Below, one piece after another: positions 55,709 through 64,000 of a DNA stretch of 64,000 nucleotides. A program made the translations under genes and the position numbers. Position 1 is the stretch's first letter; the number at the start of each line of letters is the position of its first letter. The notes below the pieces were generated by a model. That model worked only from the letters and a program-made list of their open reading frames with translations, ran no database searches and was not told where the DNA came from. Origin of the DNA: Bdellovibrionota bacterium (lineage in GTDB: Bacteria > Bdellovibrionota_C > UBA2361 > JBGSMV01); the NCBI GenBank assembly GCA_041739995.1, contig JBGSMV010000068.1, positions 1-64,000 of the forward strand. The letters run 5' to 3'.

Positions 55709-56592
55709 TGGCAGTAGTGGGGCTTGTCGTTCGACCAGAGGTCGAAGCAGCAGTAGAGCTGGCAAAGAAGTTGTGCGCATGGCTTGCGGAGCGACAGCAT
55801 CAACTCGTCGTTGACGAGGGTACTGCCAATGCCCTTGAAAAGCTCGGCATGACGGAAATTCCGCCGCCACTTTCTCACGAAGTCCTAGTGCAATCGGCAG
55901 ACCCGATCGTCACTCTTGGGGGCGACGGTACGTTGATTGGAATCGCGCGCCACGTCGGTTCAAAGTCGCCGACGGTGCTTGGCGTTCATTTTGGACATCT
56001 TGGTTTTTTAACTGAGACTACCCCCGGAGAGTTATTCGACGCACTTGAGCGCACACTAAGTGGAAAGGCTATTGTAGCCGAGCGACGAATGTTGCGTGCC
56101 CGCGTGTCGCGAAAGGGCAAGGAAGTTTTCTCTTCTCAAGCGCTGAATGACGCGGTGATTTTAAAGCAAGCCACCGCGCGCCTTTTGGATATAGATCTCG
56201 CAGTGAACGGCGAAGCCGTGATGCGCCTGCGCGCTGACGGACTCATCTGCGCGACCCCTACAGGTTCGACCGCCTATTCTCTGGCCGCCGGAGGCTCGAT
56301 CGCCCATCCAAACCTAAACGTCCTCTTGGTTACTCCAATCTGTGCGCACTCCTTGACGGTGCGTCCTTTGATTCTCAGCTTGGAGGATAAACTTTCCATC
56401 GGAATCCCCGATTATGATGGTGCGGTGGTGCTTTCGGTGGATGGCCAGGTATCCCTACCGCTGCAAACTGGCGATATAATTGAGGTAGTGCAGTCCCCTA
56501 ACAGAATTAAGCTGGTTCAGTCGAACTCTCGAAGCCACTTCGAGATCTTAAGAACCAAGCTCAACTGGGGAATTGCCAACAAAGCCGATTAG
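55708..56592 (+). CDS. nadK: NAD(+) kinase
   Basis: LGGDGT, GHLGFL, LND, ADGLI.ATPTGSTAYSLAAGG; upstream of recN. Confidence 0.96.
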   Translation: MAVVGLVVRPEVEAAVELAKKLCAWLAERQHQLVVDEGTANALEKLGMTEIPPPLSHEVLVQSADPIVTLGGDGTLIGIARHVGSKSPTVLGVHFGHLGFLTETTPGELFDALERTLSGKAIVAERRMLRARVSRKGKEVFSSQALNDAVILKQATARLLDIDLAVNGEAVMRLRADGLICATPTGSTAYSLAAGGSIAHPNLNVLLVTPICAHSLTVRPLILSLEDKLSIGIPDYDGAVVLSVDGQVSLPLQTGDIIEVVQSPNRIKLVQSNSRSHFEILRTKLNWGIANKAD

Positions 56593-56675
56593 CGCCAAGT
56601 TAAAGTAACTTAAAGTGCCTCTGAGGTGACTATCCTCAAAGGGCACTCGTGCGTCTTGAGCGTTGGTAGTGCTTT

Positions 56676-58355
56676 ATGCTTTCAGAGCTTCACATAGAAA
56701 ACTTCGCGCTCGTCGATCGACAGAGCATTTCCTTTGGTCCCGGCCTTAACGTGATTAGCGGAGAGACCGGGTCAGGAAAGTCGATTGTGCTAAGCGCGAT
56801 ACAATTTTTGCTGGGCGAAAAACTAAAAACTTCCCCTTTGCGCGCCGGAGCTGAGCACGGCGAAGTGCAGGGTTTGTTCCAACTGGACCACTTGTCTCCA
56901 GCAGCTTGCGCAGCGCTACCTGACATTGTTCGAGACGATGATGGCGCTGCACGAGAGCTCTCAGTAGTGCGTAGTCTCAATAAGTCAGGGAAGAATAAAG
57001 TCTTTCTGAATGGTCGACTGGCTAATGTCGGATTGCTTGAAGAGGTTATGGCTCGGCTGGTGAATATTTGTGGCCAGAATCATCACGTGCGGTTGCTTGA
57101 TCAGCGCTATCACTTAGAGACCCTTGACGGCTTTGTAGGGCACACCGCCCAGCTCTCCGAATTTCGAGGTCAGTTCGAGCAATGGCGCGAACTGAGCCGC
57201 ACCCTTAGCGAAATCGAGCGAAGCGTTTCAGAGCATAGAGCTCGTGAAGAGCAACTACGAGAAACCGTAAATGAGCTTGAAGCGGCGCGGCTCACCCCTG
57301 GGTTGCGGGCCGAATTGGAGAATCGTGTACGAACTCTCGGCAATGCCGAGCGTGTTACCGAGGCCAGTCAGCGTGCCACCAGCGCAATCTCTGAGGAGGG
57401 GGGAGTCTCCGGACAGATGCAGAGGTTGCAAGTGGAAGTTTCAGAGATTGAAAAGCTCGACCCTTCCTTCTCGTCCGTCGCTCAGAATTTTGCTTCCGCG
57501 CGAAGAGAGTTAAGGGAGTTTGAGTTTGCCCTTCAGCGTTACGTCTCTCAGCTGAACATAGATGATGAGCGCCTTGCCGCGCTGCGTGAGCAGCTGGCAG
57601 AAGTGGCGCGCCTTGAGCGCAAATACCGGCGCAATGATTCGGAGCTTATCGAACTGCTTGCAGAGTCTCGTGCTTTTTTGAGTGAAGTCGGAGGGGCCGA
57701 TCGCGTCCAGGCACTTCGTAGCGAATTGAAGACTCTCGAAGGTGTCTTGGCTGAAGGCGTTCAGCGCTTAAGAACAGCACGGCTGGCTGGGGCCAAGAAG
57801 CTTGCACGTGCTGTGGAGACGGGACTTGCTGATGTGGCTATGTCGGGCAGCTCTTTCAAAGTCGACCTGGTTGAAGCTTCCCTGGGGGTGAGTGGGGCTG
57901 ACAGAGTTGAGTTTCTCCTGTCGTCCAACAAGGGGGAGCCTCCGCGTGCGTTGCGAGAGATTGCTTCCGGTGGAGAGCTTTCTCGAATTCTGTTGGTCTT
58001 AAAGCAGGTGCTCAGTGACCGCACCGGAGTGAATATCCTAGTTTTTGATGAAGTCGACTCTGGAATCTCTGGGGCAGTGGCGCGCGCGGTGGGAAAAAAA
58101 CTAAAGGCGCTCGCTTCCTCGTCACAGGTGATCTGCGTCACGCACCTGCCGCAAGTCGCTTCATTAGCAGATCATCACTTCCTCGTTGGTAAGCATTCAA
58201 TAAGGGAAAGTTCCCGTGTTGAGCGCACTGTGACGCAAATAAGCCCTATTGAAGGGGATGGAAGAGTGGATGAAATCGCAAGAATGTTAGCGGGTTACAA
58301 GGTAACCGCCGCAGCAAGGGAGTCTGCGCGCGAGTTACTCACATCAAAAGAATAG
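56676..58355 (+). CDS. recN: DNA repair protein RecN
   Basis: SGETGSGKS, coiled coil, ASGGELSR, FDEVDSGISG, VTHLPQVA. Confidence 0.96.
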   Translation: MLSELHIENFALVDRQSISFGPGLNVISGETGSGKSIVLSAIQFLLGEKLKTSPLRAGAEHGEVQGLFQLDHLSPAACAALPDIVRDDDGAARELSVVRSLNKSGKNKVFLNGRLANVGLLEEVMARLVNICGQNHHVRLLDQRYHLETLDGFVGHTAQLSEFRGQFEQWRELSRTLSEIERSVSEHRAREEQLRETVNELEAARLTPGLRAELENRVRTLGNAERVTEASQRATSAISEEGGVSGQMQRLQVEVSEIEKLDPSFSSVAQNFASARRELREFEFALQRYVSQLNIDDERLAALREQLAEVARLERKYRRNDSELIELLAESRAFLSEVGGADRVQALRSELKTLEGVLAEGVQRLRTARLAGAKKLARAVETGLADVAMSGSSFKVDLVEASLGVSGADRVEFLLSSNKGEPPRALREIASGGELSRILLVLKQVLSDRTGVNILVFDEVDSGISGAVARAVGKKLKALASSSQVICVTHLPQVASLADHHFLVGKHSIRESSRVERTVTQISPIEGDGRVDEIARMLAGYKVTAAARESARELLTSKE

Positions 58356-58495
58356 GGCTGAAAAACCCTAAGACTGTAGAGAGGTTAGTTCGTAAAATAG
58401 AACGTTGTTTATGAAAGTTGGCGACTGAAGTTGACGCTCTGGTCATCTTTTCGCTACCGTTCGCGCTCCGACTAGTTGTGAAGTCACGAGCGTGC

Positions 58496-58520
58496 CCGGC
58501 TTTGTTATGCCGGTTTTTTT
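58496..58520 (+). terminator. Terminator-like hairpin
   Basis: CCGGC-tttgttat-GCCGG followed by T7. Confidence 0.6.
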
Positions 58521-58761
58521 GTGAGCTCGGGTTGGAGAAGGTGCCCAGTTCGAAATCTTAAGCGCGCAGTGTGTCGTGAGTGCAGTGTGTCATGAGTGAA
58601 GCGTGTGCGTGTCAAGATTTTTGAATTGTTGAAGGTAAAGGCGCCCTTAGTTGGAACTGAATGAACTTTGGATGGTGGTTCGCGTTTGGGGGCACAGTCA
58701 GCTCTCGGGCGAAGGAAGTCTCCAGGGGCAGTTCCAATCGATATTCATATTGGATGGTTAG

Positions 58762-60078
58762 ATGGGATCTCAGTCTTATAGTCGTAACGACGCTTTAAAT
58801 AGCGAAACAGATAGTTCTGGTGGTGCCACCAGCTCTCATCAGACGACCAGCGTCGCGAAAGCGGGTTTGGGTCGAGAGTTCTGCCTTTGGATGGTGGGTG
58901 GCCAAAGAGGCCGAGTGCGCAAATTGCGATTCACTCTCCGAACTCTTCTCGTTCTTCTTGCCGCAGGGCTTCTCGTAGGCAGCGGTTTCGTGTTTGTAGC
59001 CTCCGATTACGCCCGCGTTCAGATCCAAAGGGCCGAGGGCTATTTCCGTCTAAAGCGTGCTCTTCAACAGAACCGGCACCTCGAAGGCACTGCTCAGTCC
59101 TTGCACTCCGCAGTGGTCGATCTTCAATCAGCTCAGAAGCGCTCGGTTTCCTACGAAGAGCAAATTCGAGCCAGACTCGATGAGTTGTCACTTCTCCTAG
59201 ATAGTTCAGATCCAGGGCGGCTTTTGAGGCCGGCCCTTGGAACATCAAAGGGCGCGGGCGCCAAGTCCGTGTCGAAGCGGGTAGAATCTCAAGCGAAGAA
59301 ACCTTCAGTTCTCAACCAGTCGGCAGCCGCGAGTCTCGCTGGCGTTAACGAAGAAGAGGGTGACGGCATCGGCGGTGCCGAAGTCGACTGTTCATCGCTA
59401 GAGGGTGCTCGCGATGTCTCGTGTACCGGAACGAGTGCGATGGTGGGCGCTCCTCCAACTTCTTCCTCCCGTGGGGAGCCGCGCGCCAGCCTTGATGTCT
59501 CGCGTTTTGAGGCACCTGCTCAAAAGTCATCGCTGAGGACGGTGAGCGCCTCTGAGAGAGACAGATTTTTTCAATTTCCATCGTCTAGCTCTGATGAGAG
59601 CGCTGCCTTGATAGGGTTGTTCGATCAGTACATCGACACCTTGAGGGTGACGCCTATGGGGCTACCTGCGCCTGGATACATTAGCTCTGGGTACGGATTC
59701 CGAATGTCTCCGTTTCATGGCGGCCCCAGCATGCACGAGGGGATCGATTTCTCACTTCCCCAAGGCAGCGTCATTCAAGCAACCGCTGACGGCGTTATCG
59801 AAAGGGTCGTGCGCAATAAAACGTACGGCCTTGTCGTGGACGTGCGTCATAGCAATCGGGTGGTCACCCGTTATGCCCATTTGTCAAAAGCAATGGTGAG
59901 TGAGGGGGAACGAATTTGTCGCGGCGAAGTGCTCGGACTGGTCGGCTCCACCGGTCGTTCCACGGCACCGCATCTACACTACGAAGTTCGCGTGGACGGA
60001 CGCTCAAAAAATCCATTACCCTTTATGCGCCTGGCGCTTGACCTGAAAGATGCCCTCGATAACGAAGAGTTAGTCTAG
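58762..60078 (+). CDS. M23 family metallopeptidase (TM + coiled coil + LytM domain)
   Basis: SS.YG.R.SPF, HEGID, TRYAHL, GSTGRSTAPHLHYEV. Confidence 0.93.
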   Translation: MGSQSYSRNDALNSETDSSGGATSSHQTTSVAKAGLGREFCLWMVGGQRGRVRKLRFTLRTLLVLLAAGLLVGSGFVFVASDYARVQIQRAEGYFRLKRALQQNRHLEGTAQSLHSAVVDLQSAQKRSVSYEEQIRARLDELSLLLDSSDPGRLLRPALGTSKGAGAKSVSKRVESQAKKPSVLNQSAAASLAGVNEEEGDGIGGAEVDCSSLEGARDVSCTGTSAMVGAPPTSSSRGEPRASLDVSRFEAPAQKSSLRTVSASERDRFFQFPSSSSDESAALIGLFDQYIDTLRVTPMGLPAPGYISSGYGFRMSPFHGGPSMHEGIDFSLPQGSVIQATADGVIERVVRNKTYGLVVDVRHSNRVVTRYAHLSKAMVSEGERICRGEVLGLVGSTGRSTAPHLHYEVRVDGRSKNPLPFMRLALDLKDALDNEELV

Positions 60079-60316
60079 CTCTTTAACCGTTGTTTCTCTT
60101 AATCGCGTAGGCTAGCGTTATTCTTGGTAGAACCAGATGTGCGCGTCTGCGAATCGATCTAATATTTCCGCGCAAAATGGTCCTTGTCGGGGCCTTCCTT
60201 TTCGTGGTCTCACGGGCTGCCTGTGAGATGGCGTTGAGAAAGGAGTAATTCGAATTCCTGAGTGCGAGATTTATTTCGCTGTAATTCAGTCGTCAGTAAG
60301 AGAGTTAGCGAAAGCA

Positions 60317-61732
60317 ATGCCTAGGCAACAACGTAGCAAAGATAGAATTACTGAAAATGGTTTGATGGCGGGAGGTGTCGTCGGACTCAGCCTGCTCGCC
60401 ATCGTCCTAGGCGTCGGGCTCTACTACGTGTTCGGCAAGGTGGTGCCACCTGGCTCTTTCGGAGTTAGACAAATTACTGCGGGACCAGGACAAGGCTTTT
60501 CTCGCGACGGTTTAAAGCCTGGACTTCATTTTTCTGTTCCCTTTTTTGTGAACATCCATCTCGTGCCTCACACCGTGCAGGTGCTTAATTTTCATAAAGA
60601 TCACTCGGATTCTACTGAGGTGAGCGATTCGCAAGACCAAGAGCAGTTCGCCGGGCTTGAAGTGCGAACCAGTGATGGTTTGTCGGTCGTGGTCGACGTG
60701 TCTGTGCTTACCCGATTTTACGACGCACCGACGACGTCACCACAGGAAGGCGATTCTGCAAGGAAGAAGGAGAGTCATGGCGGCCCAGCGGATCTGTTCA
60801 CTCGGGTCGGAATGAGCTTTGAAGATTGGGACAGTCAGGTACGAAAGGTAGCTGCTGACGAGTTGAGACGATCTTTGGGCGCACTGCTCGCGAGACAGTT
60901 CTATGAAGTCCCGCAGGACCGAGCTAACGCCCTCGATCGCGCAACTAAGCAGATGAGAACCCGCCTGAATCCAATGGGCATTTCTGTCGAGTCGATTTTG
61001 TTGCGGCGCTACACTTACAAAGATGATCGTTTCGATGAAGCGATATTCAATAAGAACATTCAGGAACAAGAGCAGCGGCTCAAAGAGGCATCTGGCGATC
61101 TTGCTGAAGTAAAAGCGCAATTGGAGCAGGTTGCGGCTAGTTGGGATGCGAAAGTTGAAACGCTGAGAATTAAAGGCGAGAGCGAGGCTCAGATCGTGCG
61201 TTCTCAAGCGGCCTTGTACGAGAATGAGAAGAAGGCTGAGGGCGACCTGGCTGTTTCTCGAGCGCAGGCTGACGTTGACCGGCTTAAAGCTAGTGCGCTG
61301 GCTTCCAGTCAAGGTGCAACTGTGTACGTGGCACGCGAAATGGCACCACTGCTTTCGTCATTACGTGGTGGAATAATTTCTAATATCGACCCCTATGATA
61401 TCGGCGAATGGGCGAATCGTCTTGGTGCTGGGGATGAGGCCTCCACGGATCTGCCGTTGGTACGTGCCGCACCGCCAGAGCCAAAGAGCGTGTCTCGACC
61501 GGCAAAGGAAGTTGCAGCTTCGCCCGGGATATCTCCCGGTCAAGGCCCATCGAAGGCAGTCGCACCTTCTCGCTCGACGGCAGTCGAGTCATCGCCTAAA
61601 TCTACCAATGGAGCCGTGAACTCGGGTGAGCAGTCCGGGTCTGAAACTCCTCTGTATAAATCTCCGGCTGAACCATCAGCCACTTTATCACGGAAGGTTG
61701 AGCCTTCTCCACAAGGAGAGGTCAATGAGTAA
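60317..61732 (+). CDS. SPFH/band-7 domain protein (HflK/HflC-like)
   Basis: N-terminal TM, GLKPGLHFSVPF, RTSDG..V.VDVSV, coiled coil, low-complexity tail. Confidence 0.8.
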   Translation: MPRQQRSKDRITENGLMAGGVVGLSLLAIVLGVGLYYVFGKVVPPGSFGVRQITAGPGQGFSRDGLKPGLHFSVPFFVNIHLVPHTVQVLNFHKDHSDSTEVSDSQDQEQFAGLEVRTSDGLSVVVDVSVLTRFYDAPTTSPQEGDSARKKESHGGPADLFTRVGMSFEDWDSQVRKVAADELRRSLGALLARQFYEVPQDRANALDRATKQMRTRLNPMGISVESILLRRYTYKDDRFDEAIFNKNIQEQEQRLKEASGDLAEVKAQLEQVAASWDAKVETLRIKGESEAQIVRSQAALYENEKKAEGDLAVSRAQADVDRLKASALASSQGATVYVAREMAPLLSSLRGGIISNIDPYDIGEWANRLGAGDEASTDLPLVRAAPPEPKSVSRPAKEVAASPGISPGQGPSKAVAPSRSTAVESSPKSTNGAVNSGEQSGSETPLYKSPAEPSATLSRKVEPSPQGEVNE

Positions 61733-62954
61733 TCGAATCGGTCTCTCAAAGTTTATAGTGTTGTTGTTGATGGGTCTCTTCGTCGCAGGCTGCGATGATC
61801 TTATGCGACAGCTCCCGCTGCAACAGCTTGGCACGCGAGAGCGCGGTGTGGTGTTTCGTCGATTGCCGACCTTCTTCGGTGGCGGCGTGTCGTCTCAGGT
61901 GCATGCGCCAGGAGCGTTGGTGGTAGTGTGGCCCTGGGATGTCATCTATCGCATCGACACCGGAAGCCGTGACGTGCCGCTCGGAGAGGCCAACCTAGAT
62001 AAGAGCGAAGGCGGCAAGGAGATGGCCGGGTTTGTTTTCACGCGAGCGAATGATGGCAATGAAGTCGCATTGAAGATGACTGTTCGATACCGAATAAGTG
62101 ACAAAGAAGAATCCCTCGTTAGGCTCATTCAAGAAGTAGCCTCAACAAACGAAGAATTGGAAGAACTCGTTATCGCTGTTTCACGTGCTGCCGTGCGCCA
62201 GTTCATGAATGAGCTTAAAACTTCTGGCTTCCTCGGCGAACAAGATCGCTACTTGGCGGTGGATGCTGTGCGCGATGGCGTCCAAGAGGCACTTGATCTA
62301 CTCGCTCCCGATGTCGTTGAAATTATGGCGGTCATGCTCGATCGTTTCGAGTTCGCTCGATTGTTGCCGAACGGAGAAGTCGACCGAAGTTACCAGGAAA
62401 AACTGAACGAGGTCTTGCGCTTGGTCGAGCAGAAATCTCAAGAGCGCCTGCGTATTCAGACCGTCAAAGAGGAAGGACAGCTTAGGGAATTCGAAGTTCA
62501 GGCCGAGGTAAACCGTCTGCGTGAAGAGTCGCTTGGAATTCAGAATCAGGCCATCGCTCGGGGTGACGGGTATCTGGCTCGTAAGCAGAACGAAGCAAAA
62601 TCTATTCTCGCTTTGGGCACCGCAGAGGTGCAGGGTATTGTCGAGAAAATTGACGCACTGCAGGGCCCCGGCGGCGCGGCCATACTTCGCATGGAAGTAG
62701 CAAAAGCATTACGTGATTCGAACTCTCAGTTCGTAGTGATGGGCGGAGAAGGTTCCGGCCAGAGTCGCCTTGAAGTGCAACGCGTGGATACTAACGAGTT
62801 GTTGGCGCAGTTAGGATTGTTTGAAGCAATGAAGGATCGAGCTCCGAAAGAGCCCGTTCAGAGTCAAGAGTCGTCTAAGCCAAGCTCGGGAGGCAGCCTT
62901 ACGGGGAACGTAGCTGGTAAGGGCACTCGTGCAGAGTCTGTAGGAAAAGAATAG
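61725..62954 (+). CDS. SPFH/band-7 domain putative lipoprotein
   Basis: AAGGAG RBS, lipobox [28 protein letters not shown], coiled coil. Confidence 0.8.
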   Translation: MSNRIGLSKFIVLLLMGLFVAGCDDLMRQLPLQQLGTRERGVVFRRLPTFFGGGVSSQVHAPGALVVVWPWDVIYRIDTGSRDVPLGEANLDKSEGGKEMAGFVFTRANDGNEVALKMTVRYRISDKEESLVRLIQEVASTNEELEELVIAVSRAAVRQFMNELKTSGFLGEQDRYLAVDAVRDGVQEALDLLAPDVVEIMAVMLDRFEFARLLPNGEVDRSYQEKLNEVLRLVEQKSQERLRIQTVKEEGQLREFEVQAEVNRLREESLGIQNQAIARGDGYLARKQNEAKSILALGTAEVQGIVEKIDALQGPGGAAILRMEVAKALRDSNSQFVVMGGEGSGQSRLEVQRVDTNELLAQLGLFEAMKDRAPKEPVQSQESSKPSSGGSLTGNVAGKGTRAESVGKE

Positions 62955-62967
62955 TACTGAGGAGTTA

Positions 62968-63900
62968 ATGAATATGTCGAAGCGAGCAAAAATCGCGTTG
63001 ATTGGTGCGGGGCAAATCGGTGGAACCCTTGCCTTGTTGTGTGGTCTCCGTCGTCTTGGAGACGTAGTTCTATTTGATATTGTAGAAGGCATGCCACAAG
63101 GCAAAGCGCTGGACCTTTCGCACCTTGCGCCGGTGTTTGGTTGTGACTTTACCGTGAAGGGCACAAACCAGATGTCCGACATCGCTGGTGCGGATGTGTG
63201 CGTGGTCACTTCTGGATTGCCACGTAAGCCAGGAATGAGTCGCGATGACTTGGTGAAGACCAATGCGGCTATTATTAAAGAGGTGGCGGCCGGCATTAGA
63301 ACCCACGCGCCTAAAGCTTTGGTCATCGTCATTACTAATCCGTTAGACGCCATGGCGTATCTAATGCAGCGTGAAACCGGATTCCCGCCAGAGCGCGTGC
63401 TTGGAATGGCAGGGGTGCTCGATACGGCCCGTTACCAAGCTTTTTTGGCTGAGGCACTTGGGGTCTCTGTGCAGTCTGTGTCGGCCTTTGTTCTTGGCGG
63501 TCACGGGGACGATATGGTACCAGTGCGATCGTTCACGACCTGCAATGGGATACCAGTGGAAAAGCTTCTCTCTGCCGACAAGCTAGACGCTATTGAGAAA
63601 CGCGTTCGTGGTGCCGGTGGCGAGGTGGTTGCGCTGCTTAAAACTGGCTCAGCTTTCTATTCTCCAGCGGCATCGGGCATTGAAATGGTAGAAGCGTATC
63701 TGTTTGACCAGAAGCGGGTTCTGGCTGCCGCAGCACATTGTAGTGGACAATACGGAGTAAAGGATATTTACCTCGGTGTGCCTATTGTGATGGGTGCTAA
63801 AGGCGTTGAGCGAGTGGTAGAGATCGAGCTTTCCGCCAAAGAGATGTCAGCGCTGCATGAGAGTGCTGCTCGAGTGCAGGAAGTAATCGGCTTGCTGTAA
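62968..63900 (+). CDS. mdh: Malate dehydrogenase (LDH-like)
   Basis: [43 protein letters not shown]. Confidence 0.96.
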   Translation: MNMSKRAKIALIGAGQIGGTLALLCGLRRLGDVVLFDIVEGMPQGKALDLSHLAPVFGCDFTVKGTNQMSDIAGADVCVVTSGLPRKPGMSRDDLVKTNAAIIKEVAAGIRTHAPKALVIVITNPLDAMAYLMQRETGFPPERVLGMAGVLDTARYQAFLAEALGVSVQSVSAFVLGGHGDDMVPVRSFTTCNGIPVEKLLSADKLDAIEKRVRGAGGEVVALLKTGSAFYSPAASGIEMVEAYLFDQKRVLAAAAHCSGQYGVKDIYLGVPIVMGAKGVERVVEIELSAKEMSALHESAARVQEVIGLL

Positions 63901-64000
63901 AATCGATCAGTAAAATCGATCCAGTTGGGGGAGGCATTTTGAACAGTAGTGCTGCAAGTAAGGGCCTGCTTTGCCAGTTTTGGGGTTCTACGATTGGCAA

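Overview
A bacterial chromosomal window made up mostly of housekeeping genes. Gene content and order suggest a diderm deltaproteobacterial/Bdellovibrionota-like lineage (inference only). It carries an outer-membrane/lipid A cluster (lolE-lolD-bamA-skp-fabZ-lpxA-lpxI, with no lpxD or lpxB). That cluster runs into a TPR protein, an SBP-like protein, wza and wzc. The window also holds a B12-radical SAM enzyme, an acyl-CoA dehydrogenase, SirB1, YceI, bcp, a partial liv ABC transporter, hmgA, a sigma54 response regulator, thiL, a small accessory patch (GNAT, ACT, orphan PD-(D/E)XK nuclease, Thr/Pro-rich surface protein), yihY, an M16 peptidase pair, nadK-recN, an M23 peptidase, two SPFH genes and mdh. 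No rRNA, full tRNA, CRISPR array or transposase was seen. The most unusual signals are four. (1) A family of short non-autonomous (C)TAG/TA-bounded inverted-repeat elements, several ending in the coding signature of IS630 transposase C-termini and several sitting on TAG stop codons; at two loci they flank a shared ~140-nt structured core with GGA-loop hairpins. (2) An 841-aa protein built from two intact CoxD/MoxR-type AAA+ modules, with no VWA partner and a divergent, apparently internally repeated hypothetical gene. (3) A divergent pair of unknown genes, one with His motifs and one with repeated RelE-like segments. (4) An att-like scar in front of a GC-rich lipoprotein gene.
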